Below are positions 17,172-27,124 of a DNA stretch of 64,000 nucleotides, piece by piece. The position numbers and the translations under genes are program-made. The stretch lies in contig DAIMKF010000002.1 of NCBI GenBank assembly GCA_036721855.1, positions 16,391 to 80,390 on the forward strand. The letters are read 5' to 3'. This stretch comes from Bacillota bacterium (GTDB lineage: Bacteria; Bacillota; DTU065). Position 1 is the first letter of the stretch. Every line of letters starts with the position of its first letter. Under the pieces are notes generated by a model. That model was not told the origin of the DNA, made no database searches, and saw nothing but the letters and a program-made list of their open reading frames with translations.

Positions 17172-20100
17172 TTAGTTAGTTAATTCGATTTTAGTTAGAC
17201 TATAGTTAATCTTATTATCCTCACAAATATCGATTAAATGAGGTTGACAGGTAAAAAACAGTACCTGGTGCATCTCTAAGCTAGAAAGAATCTGAAGGGT
17301 ACTATTTGTTCTAATGGGATCAAAGTTTACCAAGATATCATCAAAAACAAGGGGCAGCGAAAACTGGTGCTTAGCAAATTCTTCAATCAAGCCTAATCGT
17401 AAACATAAATACAGCTGTTCTAAGGTGCCGCGACTTAACTCCTCGGGTTTTTTTATCTCCTGAGTATTAGTAATAACCTCGAAACGTTGTTCCATCAAGG
17501 GCGAGATAACTCTTTGATAACGTTTAGCGGTTATGGCCTCAAAATATTTGGACGCTGTTTTTAAAACCCCAGGTTGTTTTTCTCTTTCATAAACTTGGCG
17601 AGCTTTCGTGATTAGATACCTACATAATTCTATCTCAGACCATTTTTTAGCTACATTATTCAGTTTTTGACTAAGATCGATTTTTGTTAAAAGCAATTTC
17701 TCTGACTCACTGCTCTTTTCTAACTGGCTCACCTTTTCTGCCAATCTACCTAAGGCTTCATTGATCTCTGTTTCTTTTTCTCTTAACTTAGTAAGTTCAG
17801 CACCGTTTTTATTTTTCTTAAGCTCTAAAGTCTCATCACTGGCTTCAGATAGTTCTCGATAAAGGAGTTCTTTTTTCTCTTTGACTAAACTATTTAAATT
17901 GAACTCAATCTGGGCAATGTCTCTTTTAAACTGCTCTTTTTGGGTAGCTTTTTTAGCTAGTATTCTAAAGTCATCTACTGTTTTAACCTGACCTTTTTTT
18001 AAGAGAAGTGATCGTTCCTTTTGTTTGGATTTAATTTTAGTATTAAATTCATTGATTTTAAAATCTAACTCTCCAATTATTTTAATTAGCTCATTCTTTT
18101 TCTTTAGAATCTCTAGATTGCGTTTGAGTTGATTTTGCCAATCTAAGACTGCTAGGGCTACTTGAATTGGTTTTTCTAATTTTAAACTAAGAGCTAACTG
18201 TGCTACTTTAGCTTCAAATTCAGACAAGTTTTTGCCAAGCAAGTCTTTTTCTTTTTGTTTATTCTTCAGTTCTTCTGCTCTAGCTTGAAGTTCTCTGGCC
18301 GCACTTAGCCAGGCTAATATATTTAGAGGTTCTTTGAGAGGTAATTTATTTTTGCTTAAAAAACTCTCCCAATCTTCTTTAAGTTTTCCCGCTTTTTCTT
18401 TCTCTTCTTTTAAGCAGTTTGCCAGCAGAACCAGTTGATTTTCTAAAGCTTGTTTTTCACTCTCGATTTCTGTAAGCTTTTCAGTTAGCTTCTGCTTTTT
18501 AGTCCACTTTTCACCTTCTATAATCAGCTCTTCACCAAGTTTGGTCAAAGCCTCCGGTAAATCATCCCGGTCTAGATTGAGAATTCGTTCAGCTTGAACA
18601 AAATACTTTTGCTTTTCTTCTAATTCATTCTTTAAGCGAACTATTTCTTCCATCCTCTCAGTTTCTTCTACTTGCCATGCAGCAAGATCTCTTTTTTCCT
18701 GCTTTTTTACGGCAAAATAACTTCTGAGATTATACGCCACAAAAATGAGTCCAAGTCCACCAAAATACCACTTATTAAGTACAAAAAAGTAACATGATAA
18801 GACTGTCATCAGTAGAGTCCCAATTAAAGAAACCCATTGATTGGCTGGAGTAGGCTTTGTCTTTGGTGCTTTAAGATCATCTATACGTTGTTTGAGATAA
18901 TCTCGGCTTGGTGCCAGTTGTTTATAGGTATTATAAGCATCTTTGATTTGCAGGTAGTTATCCCTAACATCGATTGAATCCAAATCTATTTTGTGCTGCT
19001 TTTGGGTTAAACTTAGAGTTTTAATTTCCTGGTTAGCTGTTTTATATTTGTCTTCGAGTTGTCTTATATGCTCTTGACTTTGGGCAAATTGCTCCTGATA
19101 TTTACCTACTTCTTCGTTTAGTACATGTGAAAGCTGTAATTCCATCAAACTTTCCAAGTTGAACTCTTCACCAAGCTCACTTTGAATCCTTTTAGCAATA
19201 AGCTTTTTTTGCTCTTTAACTTTAAGCTCTGCATCACTGTAATTAATTTTCCACTCGTTATATTTACTCAATTCATTATTTATGGCTGTAATTTCTGCCT
19301 CATGATTAATAATAGACTCATCTAGGTTTATTTGTACTAATTCTTCCTCTTGCTGCTTTTGTCTGTTTTTGATTGTCTCCAACTCTTCTTCACAAATTTT
19401 TAACTCTTTAATCAAGATTTCAAAATCGTTTAGACTTTCTAAAGGAAATTGGTCGGGCACATTTAAATCCTTGATCATTTTCTCTTTGGCTGCTCTATCT
19501 TTCCAAAGTTGCCAGCCTTGGGTCAGCAAATTAAGCCAGTGTTTTTGATCTTCACTTTCTTTTATTTGTGCTGATAAAACTTGTAGTTCACTTTGAAAAC
19601 TTGCCATCTCTGTCAGACAGGCATTGTATTCCTCGGGCTCTGAATTATACTTTTCGAGTTCAGTGTCTATCTTAACTAAAGCTGCCATTGTCTTGTTGAT
19701 AACAGGCTTGGTAGCTGTTTTTTGCGGTGAATAGAGGTCTTTACTTTGTTTTTCTAAGATCTTTTCAATCGAAGAAAGAGGTAAATTTCCTGGGTATAAT
19801 CCCCCGGAATAAAGGAAGCTACTCACTTCGTCATCTTCCAAAGTTTTAATGGCCTGCAACTCTTCAAGCCCAAAAGCAAAAACATTCCGATAGACATTTT
19901 CGGTAATGGGACCAAGCACATTTTCTAAAACCTCTTCGTTATGAGTTTTACCATCAATAAGAATCTCCAGATCACCTTTAAGAGTCTTGCCTTGCCTTCT
20001 AACAAGGCACTCTCTGCCGTCATCTAGTTCCAATAGCAGATAACCATTTTGTACTGCTCCACTTGGCGGGTTAAATTTCTCACTACCTCTTGTAAAACCA

Positions 20101-20243
20101 AAAAGCACCCAGCGAATAAAGGCTAGCAGGGTGCTTTTGCCAGCTTCATTACGACCAAGAATAAGATTCATCCCAGGTGCAAGGTTAACCTTAAAATCGG
20201 TAAAGATACCGAAATATTTGACCCCTATCTCTATTATCTTCAC
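17172..20243 (-). CDS. yhaN: SbcC/Rad50-like AAA ATPase with long coiled coil and a central TM hairpin (YhaN type)
   Basis: Walker A GRNEAGKST. C-terminal LSRGTLEQLYLCLRLGL ... LVFDDILVNFD (signature and Walker B). About 800 aa of Lys/Glu/Leu coiled coil, and two hydrophobic helices near residues 470-515. Confidence 0.8.
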   Translation of the reverse strand: MKIIEIGVKYFGIFTDFKVNLAPGMNLILGRNEAGKSTLLAFIRWVLFGFTRGSEKFNPPSGAVQNGYLLLELDDGRECLVRRQGKTLKGDLEILIDGKTHNEEVLENVLGPITENVYRNVFAFGLEELQAIKTLEDDEVSSFLYSGGLYPGNLPLSSIEKILEKQSKDLYSPQKTATKPVINKTMAALVKIDTELEKYNSEPEEYNACLTEMASFQSELQVLSAQIKESEDQKHWLNLLTQGWQLWKDRAAKEKMIKDLNVPDQFPLESLNDFEILIKELKICEEELETIKNRQKQQEEELVQINLDESIINHEAEITAINNELSKYNEWKINYSDAELKVKEQKKLIAKRIQSELGEEFNLESLMELQLSHVLNEEVGKYQEQFAQSQEHIRQLEDKYKTANQEIKTLSLTQKQHKIDLDSIDVRDNYLQIKDAYNTYKQLAPSRDYLKQRIDDLKAPKTKPTPANQWVSLIGTLLMTVLSCYFFVLNKWYFGGLGLIFVAYNLRSYFAVKKQEKRDLAAWQVEETERMEEIVRLKNELEEKQKYFVQAERILNLDRDDLPEALTKLGEELIIEGEKWTKKQKLTEKLTEIESEKQALENQLVLLANCLKEEKEKAGKLKEDWESFLSKNKLPLKEPLNILAWLSAARELQARAEELKNKQKEKDLLGKNLSEFEAKVAQLALSLKLEKPIQVALAVLDWQNQLKRNLEILKKKNELIKIIGELDFKINEFNTKIKSKQKERSLLLKKGQVKTVDDFRILAKKATQKEQFKRDIAQIEFNLNSLVKEKKELLYRELSEASDETLELKKNKNGAELTKLREKETEINEALGRLAEKVSQLEKSSESEKLLLTKIDLSQKLNNVAKKWSEIELCRYLITKARQVYEREKQPGVLKTASKYFEAITAKRYQRVISPLMEQRFEVITNTQEIKKPEELSRGTLEQLYLCLRLGLIEEFAKHQFSLPLVFDDILVNFDPIRTNSTLQILSSLEMHQVLFFTCQPHLIDICEDNKINYSLTKIELTN

Positions 20244-21439
20244 GATTTATCACCTCGCCAAAAAAGTTCCAGCCCCAAAGCTACACTTCCATTAATAATA
20301 GTTTTTAAATCATCGGCCTCCAAAGGATCTAATCTGTCCCCATGTTTCTCATATAAAGGTGCCAAGACTTCCTTTATCTCTTCATTGAAACCTTCTTCTA
20401 GTAATTTCTCGGCAGTACGAATAAACTCACCGGGAAGGCTTTCCTCGGTTTTTATTTGGTTATAATCTAAATCCGGCAAAATCTCTAAAACAAGTGATTC
20501 TAAAGCATAGGCAGATGCTTCTTTAAACCTTGATTCAAGTTCTTCTTTTTCACTGAGAAGGGAATTATATAAAGGAGTACGTCCTTTAATCTTAAGGCGA
20601 TAAACTCGAGGAACCTCATAAGCCTTAGCTATTAACTCCTCGAAAGCTAGATCAAGCTTGTCCAAAGTATCAAAGGCTTCAAGTTCAAGGTTTTCCCATA
20701 AGTAAACTGATGAGTTAATAAATTCCATTTTGACTTTTTTATCTACTTCAACCAGATAAAAACCTTTAGGGCCTGTTTCATTAATATGTTGCCCTTGAGT
20801 TGTACCAGGATAGACAATATAAGGATTTTCATTTAATATAGCCTTTGTATGCACATGTCCCAAAGCCCAATAATCAAAACCCTTTTTAATCAAACTGTCC
20901 AATTCAGAAGGTGAGTAGTTATCTCTATTGCCATAACCCGAAACATTAGTATGCAACAGAGCAATCTGAAAACCACAATCCCCCGGCTTTAATAAAAGAC
21001 TTAAATCCTCGTTTACTCTAGTAGTTGGATAACTTATGCCACTAATCTGGGCTAAAGTACGACCCTTCTTTTTAAAAGAAATAGTCTCAGGCTTAGCCCC
21101 AAACAAATAAACCCCTTCTGGCATCTCACTTTGAGCTTTTTTCAAATTCAAAGGATCATGGTTGCCTCCAACCATAAATACTTTAATATTAGCCTCACTT
21201 ATCCTATTTAGCCCTTTATATAGTTCTAGCTGCGATCTCAAAGTAGGGGTTGAAGTATCCAAAAGATCCCCGGCTAAAAGTATAAAATCTACTTCTAGTG
21301 CCAGTGCCTGATCAATTAAGTTATTAAACGCTTTATATGAAGCATTTTTTATTCTTTCAATCCATTTTGGTGATAGCCCTAAAGTACTTGGCCCTGTGTT
21401 GCCTAAGTGAAGATCTGCAGCATGAATAAAACGCAACAT
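20240..21439 (-). CDS. yhaO: SbcD/Mre11-like metallophosphoesterase nuclease (YhaO type)
   Basis: Start reassigned to MLRFIHAADLHLG (ATG 21439, AGGAGGG SD). Motifs DLH, GDLLD, GGNHD and GHVH are present. The stop overlaps the yhaN start. Confidence 0.85.
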   Translation of the reverse strand: MLRFIHAADLHLGNTGPSTLGLSPKWIERIKNASYKAFNNLIDQALALEVDFILLAGDLLDTSTPTLRSQLELYKGLNRISEANIKVFMVGGNHDPLNLKKAQSEMPEGVYLFGAKPETISFKKKGRTLAQISGISYPTTRVNEDLSLLLKPGDCGFQIALLHTNVSGYGNRDNYSPSELDSLIKKGFDYWALGHVHTKAILNENPYIVYPGTTQGQHINETGPKGFYLVEVDKKVKMEFINSSVYLWENLELEAFDTLDKLDLAFEELIAKAYEVPRVYRLKIKGRTPLYNSLLSEKEELESRFKEASAYALESLVLEILPDLDYNQIKTEESLPGEFIRTAEKLLEEGFNEEIKEVLAPLYEKHGDRLDPLEADDLKTIINGSVALGLELFWRGDKS

Positions 21440-21553
21440 TTTAGTGCCCTCCTGATGCAAAATTAACTGAACACTTATCTAAATAATTCTTTATTATGGA
21501 TCTTATACCCTTTTTGATTATGTAAAAAGGCCTTCGCTTGGAAGGCCTTTCTT

Positions 21554-22852
21554 TTATTTCTTAGTTAACTTCTCAATATATCTTTGGTATTCTCTCTGCT
21601 TCCTAGAAAGCTCTTGCTCTGTATTTTTAGCAGCAATCTTCAAAGCTTCTTCAGGAGCCATTTTCTTTTGCAAAACATTATGAACAGCAAAGTTTAGCTC
21701 TCTCTGTACAGCAGCTCCACCCGGAAAATAGCTAAACGCGTTAGAAACATTAAGCTGCTCGTAAAACTTTTTCCTATCAGCTTCCGGAATGGGTAGTGCT
21801 TTGGTTGCAGAGATATTCCCTGAAAAGATCATGGCTCCGGGCATCTTCTCAGGAACCAATTTGGCAAATTTACTTTGAACTTCGTCAGATAAATACCATT
21901 CTAAATACTTAAAAGCAGCCTCTTTGTTCTTGGCATATTTGGGAATACCCAATGTACTGCCACCCATAAAACTCTCATGACTTATACTGCCATCAGCTCT
22001 AATGGTCCCTGGAATCAAATCGACACTCCATTTACCCTTTAATTCGGGAGCTGCCATATAGAGATTAGCATAAAAAACACCGATATGCATCAAAACCGGC
22101 CACTCACCTGATTGAAACATTTGAAAAGGAACCCCGTCTTGTGGCATTCCATGTTTGCTAAACAGTTCCACATAATTTTTAAAGCCTTGGATAGAGTTTG
22201 GTTCTAAAAGGAGACTCTTATATTTTTCACCATCTACCCAACCGCCCTTGTTTTGTTTCATCATTAAATAAGAACCCCACTCGGGTCCGGCAGTAACCCC
22301 GCCATAAGACCAACCTGCATTCATGTTTCTGGCCCTAAGCTTTGGTAATATCGAATGCAGATCTCCCCAAGTCTTAGGTATAGACAAACCAAGGTCTTTT
22401 AAGATATCTGTGCGATAATAGCCTGTAATAACACCGCAAGATTCAACAAAACCGAATGTATTCCCTCGAAAATTAAGAGCGTTTGTTGTACCTGGATATA
22501 ACTTTTTCTCAACAGCTTGGACTCTCTCGGCTCCGAAAGTACTTCTTAGATCTATGACTCCATCTCTCACACCATACTCAACTAAATGATCTGGCGCACC
22601 TGCAATTATATCCGGTGTTGAATTTGAGGCCATTGCCAAAAGTATTTTGTTAAACATCCCTTCCCAGGGATAATTGCTGATTTCAACCTCAATTCCAGTC
22701 TTAGGAGTAAAATCGGTGGCGATAAGATCTTTGATAATATTGATAGATTCATTAGCATAGCCAACTTCCCAAACTTCGATTTTGGGACCTGCCAAAACAA
22801 ACACTCCTAAGCAAAATATAAAGGCTGTTATAAAGAAAACTTTTTTAGACAT
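21554..22852 (-). CDS. Family-1 (sugar-type) ABC substrate-binding protein, orphan
   Basis: Start reassigned to MSKKVFFITAFIFCLGVFVLAG (signal anchor). No permease or ATPase genes are adjacent. Paralogous to 33337..34632. Confidence 0.7.
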   Translation of the reverse strand: MSKKVFFITAFIFCLGVFVLAGPKIEVWEVGYANESINIIKDLIATDFTPKTGIEVEISNYPWEGMFNKILLAMASNSTPDIIAGAPDHLVEYGVRDGVIDLRSTFGAERVQAVEKKLYPGTTNALNFRGNTFGFVESCGVITGYYRTDILKDLGLSIPKTWGDLHSILPKLRARNMNAGWSYGGVTAGPEWGSYLMMKQNKGGWVDGEKYKSLLLEPNSIQGFKNYVELFSKHGMPQDGVPFQMFQSGEWPVLMHIGVFYANLYMAAPELKGKWSVDLIPGTIRADGSISHESFMGGSTLGIPKYAKNKEAAFKYLEWYLSDEVQSKFAKLVPEKMPGAMIFSGNISATKALPIPEADRKKFYEQLNVSNAFSYFPGGAAVQRELNFAVHNVLQKKMAPEEALKIAAKNTEQELSRKQREYQRYIEKLTKK

Positions 22853-23021
22853 TAAAAACCCCCCTTTTTTTCCACAGACTATAGGTCTTAGGCTATTACC
22901 TATTTCCCTACACTCAATTATTTTCCTCTCTGAAAAATAGGTTTGTCCGATATTCGGAATATTCACAACAAATCTCTGTAGTTTAAGGCGTGGTTAATAA
23001 ATGCTGGGGAACTTTATTCTA

Positions 23022-23057
23022 TATAAAAACAATAGTGGGCTAAATACCCACTATTGT
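23022..23057 (-). terminator. Rho-independent terminator of the 32-aa ORF
   Basis: 10-bp stem CAATAGTGGG/CCCACTATTG (23030-23039 / 23047-23056) followed on the minus strand by TTTTTATA. Confidence 0.7.
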
Positions 23058-23061
23058 TATC

Positions 23062-23160
23062 TTATTTTTTCTCTTTTTTAGGTGGTGCTTGGGGAGTTTT
23101 CTTTTCTGTTTTTGGAGCTTCAGGTTTAGTTTTCTTTGAGCCACAGCCATTATTAGCCAT
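23062..23160 (-). CDS. Small lysine/proline-rich protein, 32 aa (MANNGCGSKKTKPEAPKTEKKTPQAPPKKEKK)
   Basis: Below the ORF-track size cutoff. GGAGG lies 8 nt upstream of the ATG, and a dedicated terminator starts 5 nt after the stop. Confidence 0.5.
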   Translation of the reverse strand: MANNGCGSKKTKPEAPKTEKKTPQAPPKKEKK

Positions 23161-23426
23161 TATGCTCGCCTCCTTTTATAAGCTCACTTCAATTTTTAAA
23201 ATAACACTAGACAGTTAGTAAAGCGATCTTACTTTTACGGAAATATAAGTAATATTACCCCTAAAAAGACCGGCATTACCTAAAAATAAGCCTGTTTCTT
23301 ATTGTTACTTGTTCTTAAGGTAGATTCTTGACTATATGAGTTTTTAAATATTGTAAGCCAGCTTATATTAAAATAAGCCGGCCTGAGTGTAGGAGAGATA
23401 ATTGTTGATTGCCAACTTAGTCTGAG

Positions 23427-24058
23427 TCATTTATCCTCAAATTCGGTTGGTTCTAGCTTAGTTAAACCTTCCAGCATACCCATAAGCATAGCTATATCCT
23501 TTGTTTCATCTGCTTTGTTAAGATTATTCATTCCTACGGCAAACATAGTTGCTAAATGTCCCCTGCTCATAGAATTTAAAGCGTAAGAACCTCTTTTTGT
23601 TTTTGCTAATAAACCCTCAGCTGCAATTTCACGTAGGTGATGATAAATTCGCCCCCTGCAGGAATACCCGTCTTTTCCTGTAGTTCCGAGGCAGTCATTT
23701 CTCCATACTCAAATAAGGCTTTTAGAATTGTAAGTCTTTGCTCGTTTGCAAAAACAGAGAAGTATTGAGCCATGGCTATTAGATCTGCTTTTAAAAATTT
23801 TTGCTTGTTGTCTACAATACCATAAACAGAATAACTGTCCGGTCCTTTAATATCTAAGGTTGAAACAAGTACACTGATATTGATGCCAGCCTCTTCCATA
23901 GTTTTTCTTTGCTCTTTAGTAACCATATTTCTAAGTATTTTATCAGCTTCTGTTTCCAGTGGACTAACTTGTTGCTTTTTAAAACCTTCTTGAATTCTTA
24001 AAAGTAGCGAAGCAATATGCTCTTTTGAATAACCTTCTTTTTCTAGTTCTGTTTGCAT
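23427..24058 (-). pseudogene. ArsR-like winged-helix regulator interrupted by a -1 nt frameshift at a G5 run
   Basis: The track ORF ends ...TGIPAGGEFIITYVKLQLRVY*. Adding one G at minus-strand GCAGGGGGCGA (plus strand C-run 23652-23656) restores ...GRIYHHLREIAAEGLLAKTKRGSYALN..., which stays in frame to TGA at 23429..23427. Confidence 0.75.
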
Positions 24059-24255
24059 GAATTCCTTCCACTCGGTTATATATTCTTCTTCGGAATACTT
24101 CTGGTTTGCTACCCAGGTTATCTTTGGTTCGTATTTTTAGTTGTACCTTACCTCGTTTTTTAATTGCCTATATTATAAAAACTCGCCTCAAAGGAATAGC
24201 CGGCAATAAATAGAAAAGCACTAATAGATTAGATAATTAAAGGGGCCACGATAGC

Positions 24256-25509
24256 ATGCCTTATCAAAAACACCAAAACTACCAAGATTCAAAACTGATA
24301 TGGATAGGAGAGATCCCGACTTCTTGGCGTGTTGTAAAGCTAAAAACAATTGTTACCGAGTTTATCATGGGTAATACACCAAGTACAAATAAGCAAGATT
24401 ACTGGTCTTGTGATGGTATGCCATGGGTTAGTATTGCAGATATTTCCGCAGCAAATGTCTACTTAACTCAAACAGCAAAAAGAGTTTCTGCTAAAGGATT
24501 AGCTGCTACAAATTTCAAACCCTTAAAAGAAGGTACCATCCTTCTTTCCATCTATGCTTCTATTGGTAAAACTGTGATCTTAAAAATCCCAGCCGTTACC
24601 AATCAAGCTATAGTAGGTATGGTTGCCGATAAAACGAGTGTGGATATTAAGTACCTCTATTATGCCTTTCTTTCCAGTTCTTTTTTTCTGGAAAAAATGT
24701 CTAAAAGTACTATTCAACCAAACCTAAGCTTAGAAACTGTTAAAGAGATGCCGATCCCTTTGCCTTCTTTATCGGAGCAAAGAAAAATAGTGAGTTTCCT
24801 TGATGATAAAGTTGAAAAAATAACTGCTTTAATCAATAAAAAAGAAGTGCTTTTAACTCTATTAGATGAAAGACTTGCAGCACTTCGCTTTCACGTTGTT
24901 ACTCAAGGGTTAGATATAAATATTGAGATGAAAACAACTAAACTAATCGAGCCCAAAATCCCTAACCATTGGGAAATTGCTAAACTAAAATACCTAGTTC
25001 AATCAATAAGCAATGGTACCTCCCCTCCGGAATATCTCCTCAGCGAAGGGATACCGGTCTATGGAGCCAATGGCCTTATTGGTTATAGTGATAAAGCTAA
25101 TATCAACAGTACTGTTATTGTAATTGGACGTGTGGGTTCAGCCGGTAAAATTCACCTGGTTAGTAAGCCTGCCTGGATTACTGATAATGCCTTAATACTA
25201 TCTGACTTTAATCCAAAACTAGATCTTACTTATTTTTATTACCAGCTTTTAACCCTAAATCTTGACGATTTGGCTACAAAAAACGCACAGCCCTTATTAA
25301 CTGCCTCACAGATCGCCAACCTTTCTATTTGCCTTCCACCTCTTGGTGAACAAAAGGCTATTGCTCAATACCTAAACGAAGAAACTAAAAAAAATAATTC
25401 TCTCTATAAGCTAACCCAAAAAAGTATTGCCATCCTCAAGGAATACCAGGAAAACCTAGTTAATTTAGCTATAACCGGTAAAATTAATTGCCAAATAGAA
25501 AAATGTTAA
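24256..25509 (+). CDS. hsdS: Type I restriction-modification specificity subunit HsdS (solitary)
   Basis: Two target-recognition halves, each followed by the conserved repeat: LPSLSEQRKIVSFLDDKVEKI and LPPLGEQKAIAQYLNEETKK. No hsdM or hsdR in the window. Confidence 0.8.
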   Translation: MPYQKHQNYQDSKLIWIGEIPTSWRVVKLKTIVTEFIMGNTPSTNKQDYWSCDGMPWVSIADISAANVYLTQTAKRVSAKGLAATNFKPLKEGTILLSIYASIGKTVILKIPAVTNQAIVGMVADKTSVDIKYLYYAFLSSSFFLEKMSKSTIQPNLSLETVKEMPIPLPSLSEQRKIVSFLDDKVEKITALINKKEVLLTLLDERLAALRFHVVTQGLDINIEMKTTKLIEPKIPNHWEIAKLKYLVQSISNGTSPPEYLLSEGIPVYGANGLIGYSDKANINSTVIVIGRVGSAGKIHLVSKPAWITDNALILSDFNPKLDLTYFYYQLLTLNLDDLATKNAQPLLTASQIANLSICLPPLGEQKAIAQYLNEETKKNNSLYKLTQKSIAILKEYQENLVNLAITGKINCQIEKC

Positions 25510-25520
25510 AAAAAAGAAGC

Positions 25521-25892
25521 CTCTTTAGGTGCATTCCCACAGAGACATTTACGAACCATGAATATTGGGTGAGGCAGACAGCAGATCAAGCTGTCTACCT
25601 TTGGCGTTGTTTAGACGGTAAACATGAGTTTGATTATTACATTGCCGCCGCGATAACCAAGCCGGTTCCAACAGGACTTGAGAAATTGAATGTTCCGTCT
25701 GCAACGTGGGTTGTCCTTGAACAGAACGGAGAACTGAAGGATCTTGTTAACCGGTTCTGAACAGAATGGCTGCCCTCATCCGGATATAAAAGAGCAGATG
25801 AAAACTTTCCTGATATCGAAGTTTATCCGGAAACAGATATGCCAAAGGAAAATTTCAAATATCAACTCTGGTTCCCTATTGTGAAAGAATAA
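25521..25892 (+). pseudogene. 5'-truncated GyrI-like / AraC effector-binding domain gene fragment with an in-frame TGA
   Basis: ...HEYWVRQTADQAVYLW...ATWVVLEQNGELKDLVNRF*TEWLPSSGYKRADENFPDIEVYPE...YQLWFPIVKE*. The EWLPSSGY and E.Y/W.PI pattern is typical of GyrI-like C-termini. There is no N-terminal part, and GC composition jumps at about 25515. Confidence 0.6.
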
Positions 25893-26119
25893 CATTATAA
25901 ATATCACTATATGGGGACATACCTACAGCGAGTGACTACTGTTATCAGGATACACCAAGGTGCCAAAACCAGATATAGGGATTTACTACACCTCCCCCGA
26001 CGGCAAGCATTTTGAGAAAGTTTGTATACTTATGAGAAAAATATAAAACACAGACAGCATTTGAAGTCAAGAAAATCGTATCGGTTCTTCTTATAATGAT
26101 TTCGAGGAGGTGAGAAACG

Positions 26120-27040
26120 ATGAGCGAGGCAAACCACGAAGGTCATCTCGCCGTAAAACAAATGCGGGAGTTCATTCACTCACACCTGCAAGACTCTATC
26201 ACTGCAAGCGACATCGCCAAGGCAGCGGGATATTCTCAATACCATGCAGCACGGTTGTTCAAAGAGGATACAGGGATATCCCCTTTCGAATATATTCGCC
26301 GTGAGCGACTGATTCAGTCCGCACATTCTTTACGAAGCGGAAAGCCGAAAGTATTTGATATTGCGCTGGATTTTGTTTTTAGCAGTCACGAAGGCTTCAC
26401 TCGAGCGTTTTCAAACGCATTCGGTATCACTCCAAAGAAGTATGCTAATCATCCTGTCCCAAATGGCTGGATGATTCCTTATCGTTATCTCGATCGCCAA
26501 AAATCAAAATCGGAGGTATCGGATATGAGTCAACAAACAGCAGTTATTTTTACACAAATCGTGGAACGACCAGCACGTAAGCTCATCTTGCGGCGAAGTA
26601 AACAAGCCAATGAGTATTTCTCTTATTGCGAAGAGGTTGGTTGTGGGACACCCGATGTACCAGCTCCCTGGGATATTCTCTGCAGTATCAAGGAAGCTCT
26701 TTATGAGCCGGTTGGCGTATGGCTGCCGGAGAATATGCGCCCTGAGGGAACAGGAGTTTACGCCCATGGCGTGGAAGTTCCGTTTGATTACGCAGGTGAA
26801 ATTCCAAACGGATTTGATGTTATAGACCTTGAGCCGTGCAAGCTGTTGGTGTTTCAAGGCGAGCCATATGACGATGAGTATTATCAGGAAGCAGTCGGCC
26901 TTTGCATGGGACTTTTTGGCAAGTTTAATCCTGAAGTCTACGGTTATCAATACGCAGATGAGTTGGCACCAAAAATGCAGCTTGCGCCGATGGGCTGGCG
27001 CGGCTACATTGAAATGCGTCCGATCAAAAGCATGAAGTAA
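26120..27040 (+). CDS. AraC-family transcriptional regulator with C-terminal GyrI-like effector domain
   Basis: HTH_AraC signatures are present (ASDIAKAAGYSQYHAARLFKEDTGISPFEYIRRERL ... GFTRAFSNAFGITPKKY). GAGGAGG SD. A sampled line in this gene is about 52% GC. Confidence 0.8.
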   Translation: MSEANHEGHLAVKQMREFIHSHLQDSITASDIAKAAGYSQYHAARLFKEDTGISPFEYIRRERLIQSAHSLRSGKPKVFDIALDFVFSSHEGFTRAFSNAFGITPKKYANHPVPNGWMIPYRYLDRQKSKSEVSDMSQQTAVIFTQIVERPARKLILRRSKQANEYFSYCEEVGCGTPDVPAPWDILCSIKEALYEPVGVWLPENMRPEGTGVYAHGVEVPFDYAGEIPNGFDVIDLEPCKLLVFQGEPYDDEYYQEAVGLCMGLFGKFNPEVYGYQYADELAPKMQLAPMGWRGYIEMRPIKSMK

Positions 27041-27087
27041 TTACAGCATTAGCTGAATACTGCGGTTAGTGAGCGAACACCTAAAAA

Positions 27088-27124
27088 GGGAGGCAATGCT
27101 TGTAGCACTGCCTCCCTTTTTTTT
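27088..27124 (+). terminator. Rho-independent terminator of the AraC-family gene
   Basis: GGGAGGCA (27088-95) pairs with TGCCTCCC (27109-16), followed by T8. Confidence 0.75.
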
